IMG/VR virus record: IMGVR_UViG_3300021255_002784
Coordinates: 152,416-197,528 of that record
Length of the DNA: 45,113 nt
Source: a virus
Lineage: Duplodnaviria; Heunggongvirae; Uroviricota; Caudoviricetes
Reading direction: 5' to 3' (one strand)
The translations under genes were made by a program, and so were the position numbers. The stretch's first letter is position 1; each line of letters begins with the position of its first letter. A model generated the notes under the pieces. It was not told the origin of the DNA. It made no database searches and worked only from the letters and a program-made list of their open reading frames with translations. Positions 37,414-45,113 of this stretch are shown here, one piece after another.

Positions 37414-39053
37414 AAGTACAGCGAATCAAAATCTCTCGATTCAAATCCATATACGACACCCTTGAAATAAACTTCGAGGATGTTCGTGGTTTTTGGGAAA
37501 TAGGTGGTGCAGTAGGCACCGGCAAAACCACCATAGGAGAAGCCATCATATTCGGACTGTTCGGATCTGTTGGTGGTAAGAATAATGGTGATCTTATATC
37601 TTGGGGACAAAAACATGCTTTGGTAGAATTGTGGTGTCAGTCTAATGGATATGACATTTATATCAAGCGGGAAATTAACAAATACGGTCAGTCTCCCATC
37701 TATGCTGAAGTAGATGGGGAGGAACTTGTGTTCAGTAATAAAAGAGATGCACAGTCACAGTTAGAGTCAGAGTACTACGATGTGACCCGTACCACACTGG
37801 AGCTACTGTGTATTATATCTTTTAATAACTTCAAGTCTCTAGCCACACTTAATGCTAGCGACACCAAGAAGTTCCTGGATCAGGTACTGGGATTCTACAC
37901 CTTATCACAATACTCTGAAGCTTGTAAAGAACTCCGTAGACAGACTATATCTGAAGGTGCCAAATTGGATACTCAGATAAATAGTAATACTGATCAAATC
38001 AACAAGATAATGGAGTTGGCTAGTCTGGCTCGTATCGAAGGAGATATGCAGGAGACCATGTCGGATATCAAAAAACTTGAAAAAGAACGCGATGAGTACG
38101 ACAGCCAAATGGCCGAAAAGCTGATGGGTATGCGCAAAGAGTGGGCTGGATACCAGGCAGAGATCAGCAAGATCAAAACCTTGGGGTCCAATAAGAAAAA
38201 GGAAATTGACTTCATCAAGAAAGGTACCTGCCCTACCTGTGGCGCGCCTATCGATCAATCATCGCTTCCTATCAAAGAACAAGAACGCCAGGTACTTTTG
38301 GATCAGTATAATGTTGTTACAGAGAAGGCTAACAAACTTCAGACGAACATTGGTCAGGTCGAACTAATTGTCAAAACAAAAGATGGGCAGTTCCGGGATA
38401 ATCTAGTTGAATTACGCAATCTATTGACACAATTGAAAGAGCAAGAGAAGCGTTCCGCCATCAATATGGATGCTGTCAAACAGCTGGAGAAAGAGAATAA
38501 AAAACTCTCCAAAAACCGGGATAACATCTCTGCTGAAGAGGCTGAATGGGACGAACTGTATAATATACTTAACGAAGGTGTGCGATCTAGAATACTCGCA
38601 TCTTTCATACCCACTCTCAATAAAAACATCCTTAAATACACCCAGCAGTTATATCAACCGTACGTAATCGAATTCGACCCATCATTCAAATGTCGCATCA
38701 AAATATGCGGTATGGATGATGAAATAGCACTAAGTTCTTTGTCTACCGGACAACTCAAGACGGTAGATATGTGTGTCATTATGGGAGTACTGGGTACCAT
38801 CATGTCAAACATATCATTCAATATCACATTCTTGGATGAGTTATTTAGCAATATGGATGCAGAATTGCGTTCTACTATGTGTCAGGTGCTACGTCAAAAT
38901 CAAAAACCCGGACAGACTCTGTTTATCATTTCGCATGTGGAATTGGATAACAAATACTTCGATGGACAAATCAATGCTAAATTAGAATATATCGACGAGG
39001 TACATAAGAAATCAGTTTATACCATGACCAAAAATATTATAGAAGGGCAATAA
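37410..39053 (+). CDS. Rad50/SbcC/T4 gp46-like recombination ATPase
   Basis: Walker A GAVGTGKT, coiled coils, zinc hook CPTCG, signature LSTGQ, Walker B FLDE, IISH. Confidence 0.93.
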   Translation: MKVQRIKISRFKSIYDTLEINFEDVRGFWEIGGAVGTGKTTIGEAIIFGLFGSVGGKNNGDLISWGQKHALVELWCQSNGYDIYIKREINKYGQSPIYAEVDGEELVFSNKRDAQSQLESEYYDVTRTTLELLCIISFNNFKSLATLNASDTKKFLDQVLGFYTLSQYSEACKELRRQTISEGAKLDTQINSNTDQINKIMELASLARIEGDMQETMSDIKKLEKERDEYDSQMAEKLMGMRKEWAGYQAEISKIKTLGSNKKKEIDFIKKGTCPTCGAPIDQSSLPIKEQERQVLLDQYNVVTEKANKLQTNIGQVELIVKTKDGQFRDNLVELRNLLTQLKEQEKRSAINMDAVKQLEKENKKLSKNRDNISAEEAEWDELYNILNEGVRSRILASFIPTLNKNILKYTQQLYQPYVIEFDPSFKCRIKICGMDDEIALSSLSTGQLKTVDMCVIMGVLGTIMSNISFNITFLDELFSNMDAELRSTMCQVLRQNQKPGQTLFIISHVELDNKYFDGQINAKLEYIDEVHKKSVYTMTKNIIEGQ

Positions 39054-39203
39054 CAAGGGCTTGAAAGCCCTTGGAATTTCATTAAATTCACGATAAATCT
39101 ACTAAAATTTTTGCATTTTTTCTTATATATTTACATAACGCAGACATGTAAGTCTACGGGATTACATTAACAAGGTCTTGAAAGCCCTTGGGATTTCATT
39201 AAC
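39051..39203 (+). repeat. Three copies of the 32-bp repeat (one single, two tandem)
   Basis: Copies start at 39051, 39136 and 39168, e.g. TAACAAGGTCTTGAAAGCCCTTGGGATTTCAT. Confidence 0.85.
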
Positions 39204-39217
39204 ACAAACACATATAT

Positions 39218-39574
39218 ATGGAAGTAACAGGAACAGTAATTTTTACCGAGACCCAATCCGGTACCTCCAAGGCAGGACGCCCTTGGAAAAAGAAAGTGTT
39301 TACCATTGAGTTCATGGAAGGCACGTATACCAAACATCTCGCATTCGATCTCTTTGGTGAGGAACGTATCGATAACAATCCATTCAGAAAAGGACAGACA
39401 GTCACCGTTTCATATGATGTCGAGTCCGAAGAGTATAACGGACGCTGGTACACAAGATGTACAGCCTGGCGGGTAGCCAAATTCGATCCATCGACTTCGA
39501 ACACACAACAACCGGTGCAGCCCGTATCGTTGAAAGATGCCGGATCAATAGATACATCAGATCTTCCGTTCTAA
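39218..39574 (+). CDS. DUF3127 OB-fold ssDNA-binding protein
   Basis: MEVTG...SG.S..G..WKK...YTK...F..FG...V.V..D..S.EYNGRWYT...AW; acidic tail ending DLPF; family typical of Bacteroidota. Confidence 0.85.
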   Translation: MEVTGTVIFTETQSGTSKAGRPWKKKVFTIEFMEGTYTKHLAFDLFGEERIDNNPFRKGQTVTVSYDVESEEYNGRWYTRCTAWRVAKFDPSTSNTQQPVQPVSLKDAGSIDTSDLPF

Positions 39575-39605
39575 AGAACTCACAAACATCCAATATATTA
39601 TACAT

Positions 39606-41717
39606 ATGGAAAATAAGAAATGTGTTATCTCGATGTCCGGAGGACTTGACTCCACATCACTTGCGTTATACATGCTCTCACAAGGCTATGAAATCCGAGC
39701 TTATAGCTTTAACTACGGGCAGAAACATGACGTAGAACTCAGCTTGGTGAAGAAAAATATTGTATATCTACAGTCGAAAGGTTATCCTATTGTGCATCAG
39801 ACGATCGATTTGAGGGATGCTTTTTCTGATTCAAGTTCATCTCTGCATAAGGGTGGAGACACTATTCCGGAAGGGGACTACCGGGACGAGACTATGAAAA
39901 GTACCGTGGTAGAAAACCGTAATGTCATCTTCAGTTCTATCATCTATGGCAAAGCACTAGCATGGGCTAACAAAACACAATCGGATGTGGTAATCACACT
40001 CGGACTGCATGCAGGGGATCATTGCTTTGCAAAGGAAACAAAAATACTAACTCCGGATGGTCTAAAAACCATCACAGAATTAAAGTGTGGGGACGAGGTT
40101 TATTCGTGGAATGATGACAATAAATGCGAAATTGACAAAGTCACAGACTTGATCCATGTTGGAGTATCAGATCAATTATATAATATATCAACAACAACCG
40201 GTAACCTTCGAGTGACTCCAGACCATAAACTGTATAAAATACAATTGTCAAATTTCGACCCATCTAAAGGATACGAAAAAAAATTAGTTCAATGTTACGC
40301 AAAAGATCTGGCGGAAGGAGATTTGTTGTTGACATCCAGGAGTTTACCTTCTAAGAAAAATACAATAACATACGATTGTGTAGACTTGGGTATTTTTGAC
40401 GACGGAAAATTTATCATTGATGAAGATTCAGTTTATATTAAGGAAAACAAAAAGACACCCAGATACGTAAAATCAGAGTATATTGTAGCCTTAATGGCCT
40501 GGTATATAACGGAAGGTTGGACATCTAAACCCAAGAAAAAATCAGACAGTAATTATAGTAGCCGTTTTTCTCAAAGTTTATGGAAGAATTTTGAAAATTG
40601 TGAAAACATACAAAGCCTGTTTACAAATTCCGGTATTCCCGTGAAATACGAATACTCAAAACAGGTTGAAAATGGAATCCCCAAAGAAATAACATATTAT
40701 ATCAGTGGTATTGTTTCAAATATGTTCAAAACTGCAGGTCACTGCGCAGATGAAAAACATATACCCGGTTGGTTGATGAAAATACTCAAAAAAGATTCAA
40801 ATTTGCGTAAGATTTTTATCAACAATATGATAGAAGGGGATGACCATTACGATAAAATTTCAGGATTGACATCATATATATCAAAATCCCATAAGTTAAT
40901 TGAGGATATGTCTTTTATAGTAAAATTGGAAGGTTATGCTATTAAAACATATCGAGGTAAATCCACAGAAATTATTTCTTTCGGTAATTTCAATAGAAAA
41001 AGTGGATTGGTGAACTTTGGTGATGGTGCAATGACAAAAATCACAAACATCATCAAAGAGGATGTTCAAGAGGATATATTTGATATCACGGTTGAAAAAA
41101 ATCACAATTTCTTCGCAGGGTCTTTAGGAAATATTTTAGTGCATAATTGCATATATCCGGACTGCCGCCCAGAGTCGCAAGAAATGGCTCGAGAATTGTT
41201 CCGCATATCCAATTGGGGTTCTGAACGTGTTGATTATGTGGCGCCGTTCATTACAATTGACAAAGGTGAGGTGCTCAAGAAAGGTATCGAGGCATGTGAG
41301 AAACTTGGAATCGATTGGAGAGTTATCTATTCGAACACGATCTCCTGCTACAACCCAGACGAACTCGGTCGGTCCTGTGGTAAATGTGGTACCTGTGTAG
41401 AACGTATCGAAGCTTTTGAGAAACTAGGTCTGAAAGATCCTATCGCTTATCAAGACACGCCGGAAGTCGAACATAAGTTCGTTCTGAGATTCTTCAATTC
41501 GAAAAACGAGGAGATGAGTACATCAGAAATCCTAGTCAAAAGCAATATCGTTGACAAGGAGGTAGTATTCAATACCCTTCCGTTCTGTGACCCATTTGTT
41601 AGAGAAGCGAAAGAACGTCTATATAACTCCCATTCCATAAGACAAGAGATTGTGCAGGTAGGAGTGACTGGGCTGACTGACGACAAATTCGGTTGTTTGT
41701 TTGTTGCACGTGTCTAA
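39606..41717 (+). CDS. queC: 7-cyano-7-deazaguanine synthase, intein-containing
   Basis: SGGLDS, FNYGQKH, T.VENRN, YPDCRPE, SCY...CGKCGTC.ER..AF...DP. Confidence 0.95.
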   Translation: MENKKCVISMSGGLDSTSLALYMLSQGYEIRAYSFNYGQKHDVELSLVKKNIVYLQSKGYPIVHQTIDLRDAFSDSSSSLHKGGDTIPEGDYRDETMKSTVVENRNVIFSSIIYGKALAWANKTQSDVVITLGLHAGDHCFAKETKILTPDGLKTITELKCGDEVYSWNDDNKCEIDKVTDLIHVGVSDQLYNISTTTGNLRVTPDHKLYKIQLSNFDPSKGYEKKLVQCYAKDLAEGDLLLTSRSLPSKKNTITYDCVDLGIFDDGKFIIDEDSVYIKENKKTPRYVKSEYIVALMAWYITEGWTSKPKKKSDSNYSSRFSQSLWKNFENCENIQSLFTNSGIPVKYEYSKQVENGIPKEITYYISGIVSNMFKTAGHCADEKHIPGWLMKILKKDSNLRKIFINNMIEGDDHYDKISGLTSYISKSHKLIEDMSFIVKLEGYAIKTYRGKSTEIISFGNFNRKSGLVNFGDGAMTKITNIIKEDVQEDIFDITVEKNHNFFAGSLGNILVHNCIYPDCRPESQEMARELFRISNWGSERVDYVAPFITIDKGEVLKKGIEACEKLGIDWRVIYSNTISCYNPDELGRSCGKCGTCVERIEAFEKLGLKDPIAYQDTPEVEHKFVLRFFNSKNEEMSTSEILVKSNIVDKEVVFNTLPFCDPFVREAKERLYNSHSIRQEIVQVGVTGLTDDKFGCLFVARV
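40023..41147 (+). mobile_element. 375-aa intein with LAGLIDADG-type endonuclease domain
   Basis: HAGDH|CFAKET, block B VTPDHK, LMAWYITEG, NNMIEGDD, FDITVEKNHNF, LVHN|CIYPDC. Confidence 0.95.
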
Positions 41718-41732
41718 TCCGGCAGTGCTCAC

Positions 41733-41763
41733 AAAAAAAAAGGAACTCGAAAGAGTTCCTTTT
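41733..41763. terminator. Bidirectional intrinsic terminator
   Basis: AAAAGGAACTC-GAAA-GAGTTCCTTTT. Confidence 0.85.
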
Positions 41764-41764
41764 G

Positions 41765-41850
41765 TCATATATAAGTGTATCATTATATTCCCCACCGGGG
41801 ACACCAGGATTTAGTTTGCGCACAGGAAACCTAGAGCGCGACATACCTGA
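41765..41850 (-). ncRNA. Candidate small structured RNA
   Basis: GC-rich hairpins between a TTATTAT motif (41861-41867) and the terminator. Confidence 0.3.
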
Positions 41851-41870
41851 TATCGAATATATAATAAACC

Positions 41871-44800
41871 TTATCTGGTCTTTTTGAAATAATGAATTCG
41901 CCCTACAAATGAAATTCTTAAATCGGCATTTGAGTATATCCCTCGGCGACTATCCGTATCGCGCGTCGTTCTGGCGTTAGGCATAACTCTATATAAGTAC
42001 CCAGTTGATCCAGGACGATCGAACAGTGCTACTTCGAGATATGGTAAATATTTACGTCTGCAGAATGAACTTTCTCCTTCGGAGTCATGTAATTTGATAC
42101 TACTTCCTCTCAATTTGTTCTTATTGAACAGTTTCCACAAGTTTGCCCAATCAACAAAATGCCCTTTTTTTACATCAAGTTTGAGGTCTCTACGCCAGAC
42201 GTATTTGCTACCGGTTTTTAGTCCTGCTATGGGAGCAGTGGCACCCTCCTTTGCTTTATGTGAACGCGTAGGCCATTTGATCCATACATCGGGAGCCACT
42301 CCGTGTCCATCTTTGTCAATGTACATAGGATATATCAATTCCCATTCTCGATCAGCATTTTGTCTGATGATACGCGAACATAAGTTAATCAGAGTTTGGA
42401 TTGCTTCCGGTTGTTGTTTTTTTCTAATATATCTATTGATGGTCCATATTGCGCTTTTCGACATGAGACTATCAGGATTATGTGATATGTCTTCATTACC
42501 AAAATCATTACCCAAACAGGTTAGATTATGACGTGTAACAGTTACAGCACCTCCCTTAGGTTCGAATATCCATTTCAGAGAGGTATTATCTTCACTGATT
42601 GTTTTGTAATCATATGAAGCATAAATGACGCCACTGCCTTCGTATTTTTGTTCTGTTAGAAGACAATACTCATCAAAGGTAATGTACAAGTGGATAGCAG
42701 CCATTCTCTTATTTATGTAGTACTTCTCTTTCATTCGAGCGTATGCATTAGCATTTACGGTGTGTGTGATATCAGAAGTCCAATCCTCATATCCATATGT
42801 GCATATACTTCTTGTGCAACTACCTGAACGTATAATATATTTGTACGATTGAGCATCTGCAAATATACCCACCGGGACCAATTTGAATGTCACATTATTG
42901 CCCGAATATTCCTCAGTTACGGTATAAGGTATCTCCACCCACAAGTCGTTGCCTTTGCTATGGTATACCACATTATCCCAACAAGCGTAGTTACGTTGGA
43001 ATGATGAGAATTGTGGATCTCCGTGAACAAACTTATTGATTCTGCAACTAATAGTGGATCCGTCGGACATGGTTACCAATATATCAGTGTATGTTGGGGT
43101 TTCTGTAGGAACCATGCTTACGATTTGCACACCTTTTACATTACCTTGCAGGCTACCAACTCGACAGGTTTTATATGATACCCCAACTGATACTTCAAAC
43201 GTCTCATCGGTCATCACATACAAATCGTACTGGTTGGCTTGATTATTAGAAGGACCAGTATATATCACTAAATCGCCTGGATTGCATTTCTGATTCGAAT
43301 CGTCAATGAACCCTACTCGGTTATTGCTCAGATAGCAAACACTTCTACACATTGTGCTGTTACCATCCACACCGTCTGTACCGTCGGCACCATCCTCACC
43401 TCGCTCTCCACGATTGCCTTTTAGTGTGAAATCAGATACGCGAACCCATTTCGCAATAGCATCATTGGATTGATATTCATATACATCTCCAGTTGTTTCG
43501 TTGATATAAAGATCGCCTACTCGTTGAGCTACACCATAATGATCAAATATATGCGAATCAGGATTAGGGTCTGCTCCAGAAAAATTCAAATCTGTGCCAT
43601 GATACCACCAGTTGCCAGCCATTCCAGCACGACCTGGTTCACCTGGTGCACCAGGAGCGCCTGGTAGTGATTTCACCCAGTCCTCTTCAGTACCTACGTA
43701 TCCATGTTCAACTGCTATCTCATATGCTGATTTGCCATTCCCGCCTGCACAAATACCTGTATTGCGTCCGTTAACAAACCAATAAGGAACGTTATTTATC
43801 AGAATGATATAAGGTACGTTAACACGATAATTTCTAAAGTTTGCCAGATGATCCTTGATGTCTGAGGATTCTTTTACAATTTCCTCTAATACATTATTCA
43901 TCACGGATTGGGACTTTGCCATGGCATCCATAGCACGAGAGAACCCCGCATACTGATCTGCCACATCTAGTTCTATATTATTGATAGTGGTGGCATTAGC
44001 CGTGACTGTATACCTCGTACACAAGCGAAGTCCGTAGGATGTTCCTGCACCGTATGCATCATCACTGCGGCTATATTTAAGTACTTTGTTGGTGACTGAA
44101 CCATCCGTACTGATAAGTCCTGTCAAGAACATAGCCATGGGCACATTCTTGTATGCTGTAGTGATGTTAGCGTCAGCATCTTTTACCATTACGTCATATA
44201 GGACTATAATGGTGTTGAATTCAAATGAATCCGCCGATTGTTCACCGTCCATAATAGGAATTGCGTGATAATCAGCATTTTCATCCTGATGTGTAAATAC
44301 GGAATAAAATGGGTTCTCGTAATAGTAGTTAGGGTTTTTGATGTCTGGAGTCAGTGCGCCAGCAACAGACTTCAAATCATCGTCATATCCTTCAATATAC
44401 GATTTGAGATCGGCATAGTAACTATCATTATCGCCAGGAGTCACTTCATATTGAGTCCCTTCCGCAGCATTAGGTATATAACAGTACACTTCACTATAAC
44501 CCACACCATCGCGTGCTTCATATGAGTGGATGTCTATATTACCTACGTACTTAACTTGCGGAATGATATTGATGGTCTCTCCTTTTACAGTTGCAGTAGA
44601 GTATCCAATCAATTTTGATTTGAGTAAAGCATTCCAGAACAAGTTAGTAGAAATATCCGGATTCCATTTGGTCGGATCCCAGTCTTCACCTATCGTGTTA
44701 CCTCTCATCCAAGCACAACCATTCTCAAAATAGTTCTGCATGTATGTAGGAATATCTATATTAGGATTGGTAGGACTCGATGGTATAAACTCTTCAGGTG

Positions 44801-44966
44801 CTTCGAATGCACTATAGTCGATATTCAATGCTACAAAACGCGAAGGTATCACGTCGTAGTTATCGTGTTGTACATAGCACTGTGTAAGGTCCTCGCTGTA
44901 TTGCGAGAACATCATAACGTTGCCTGTTTTCTTGGATAATGATCTGAAAAGATTACAAATAGCCAT
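41871..44966 (-). CDS. Large tail fibre/structural protein with collagen-like segments
   Basis: GKSAYEIAVEHGYVGTEEDWVKSL, GAPGAPGEPG, GD.Y.N..TGDVY, GERGEDGADG motifs. Confidence 0.75.
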   Translation of the reverse strand: MAICNLFRSLSKKTGNVMMFSQYSEDLTQCYVQHDNYDVIPSRFVALNIDYSAFEAPEEFIPSSPTNPNIDIPTYMQNYFENGCAWMRGNTIGEDWDPTKWNPDISTNLFWNALLKSKLIGYSTATVKGETINIIPQVKYVGNIDIHSYEARDGVGYSEVYCYIPNAAEGTQYEVTPGDNDSYYADLKSYIEGYDDDLKSVAGALTPDIKNPNYYYENPFYSVFTHQDENADYHAIPIMDGEQSADSFEFNTIIVLYDVMVKDADANITTAYKNVPMAMFLTGLISTDGSVTNKVLKYSRSDDAYGAGTSYGLRLCTRYTVTANATTINNIELDVADQYAGFSRAMDAMAKSQSVMNNVLEEIVKESSDIKDHLANFRNYRVNVPYIILINNVPYWFVNGRNTGICAGGNGKSAYEIAVEHGYVGTEEDWVKSLPGAPGAPGEPGRAGMAGNWWYHGTDLNFSGADPNPDSHIFDHYGVAQRVGDLYINETTGDVYEYQSNDAIAKWVRVSDFTLKGNRGERGEDGADGTDGVDGNSTMCRSVCYLSNNRVGFIDDSNQKCNPGDLVIYTGPSNNQANQYDLYVMTDETFEVSVGVSYKTCRVGSLQGNVKGVQIVSMVPTETPTYTDILVTMSDGSTISCRINKFVHGDPQFSSFQRNYACWDNVVYHSKGNDLWVEIPYTVTEEYSGNNVTFKLVPVGIFADAQSYKYIIRSGSCTRSICTYGYEDWTSDITHTVNANAYARMKEKYYINKRMAAIHLYITFDEYCLLTEQKYEGSGVIYASYDYKTISEDNTSLKWIFEPKGGAVTVTRHNLTCLGNDFGNEDISHNPDSLMSKSAIWTINRYIRKKQQPEAIQTLINLCSRIIRQNADREWELIYPMYIDKDGHGVAPDVWIKWPTRSHKAKEGATAPIAGLKTGSKYVWRRDLKLDVKKGHFVDWANLWKLFNKNKLRGSSIKLHDSEGESSFCRRKYLPYLEVALFDRPGSTGYLYRVMPNARTTRDTDSRRGIYSNADLRISFVGRIHYFKKTR

Positions 44967-45068
44967 AATTTACGTCAATTTCTTATAAAATATAATAATA
45001 TGTCCCCCAAACCTTCTTGACTAAATCACGTGGTTCATTCCATTTATTATTGTATCAAAGTTATAACT

Positions 45069-45113
45069 ATGACAGAATATCAATTACAAATACTTCGTAA
45101 TGCTGCTGTGATG
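45069..45113 (+). CDS. Start of a gene truncated by the window edge
   Basis: ATG at 45069 downstream of TTATTAT (45044-45050); open to the end. Confidence 0.45.
   Translation, partial: MTEYQLQILRNAAVM

Noticed and set aside
41599-41844. 81-aa minus-strand protein
   Set aside because: It crosses a strong terminator and overlaps queC antisense; treated as a possible ncRNA instead.
1-45113. Stop-codon reassignment as in Lak or some crAss-like phages
   Set aside because: Recognisable genes are full length in code 11, and TAG (e.g. 1727, 4566, 11326) and TGA end genes at sensible positions.
1-45113. tRNA or rRNA genes
   Set aside because: No cloverleaf with a T-loop GTTC consensus found in the intergenic regions by eye; tRNAscan-SE would be needed to be sure.

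Overview
A gene-dense 45 kb fragment of a large T4-like (myovirus, probably jumbo) dsDNA phage genome using the standard genetic code. The host is most likely Bacteroidota: there is a DUF3127 SSB-like gene, and starts are A-rich with no Shine-Dalgarno. Virion genes are scattered on both strands: gp3-like tail terminator, gp13-like neck, gp21-like prohead protease with a scaffold-like extension, gp53/hub-like baseplate proteins and two tail-fibre proteins. They are interleaved with a sigma70-like factor, a partial S1-domain gene, an AAA+ ATPase, a gp46/Rad50 ATPase, a GIY-YIG homing endonuclease and a 7-deazaguanine pathway (folE2, queD, queE, intein-containing queC, a TGT/DpdA-like transglycosylase and an ArcS/DUF5591-like protein). 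The most striking feature is that about 18 otherwise unrelated ORFs share an N-terminal peptide, MK(S/T/Q/N/D)Lxx(Y/S/C)LxE(S/N/A). It resembles the T4 capsid-targeting sequence that the prohead protease cleaves after Glu. The tagged cargo includes an RNA-ligase-like enzyme, a HAD phosphatase, a nucleoside-diphosphate kinase, a BECR-fold RNase candidate, a PD-(D/E)XK candidate and the ArcS-like enzyme, which suggests a modular virion-packaged, injected enzyme kit. Also seen: two promoter-like motif classes that separate virion genes from metabolic genes, a dispersed or tandem 32-bp palindromic repeat family, and two candidate structured RNAs. All family assignments come from motif recognition by eye; no database searches were run.
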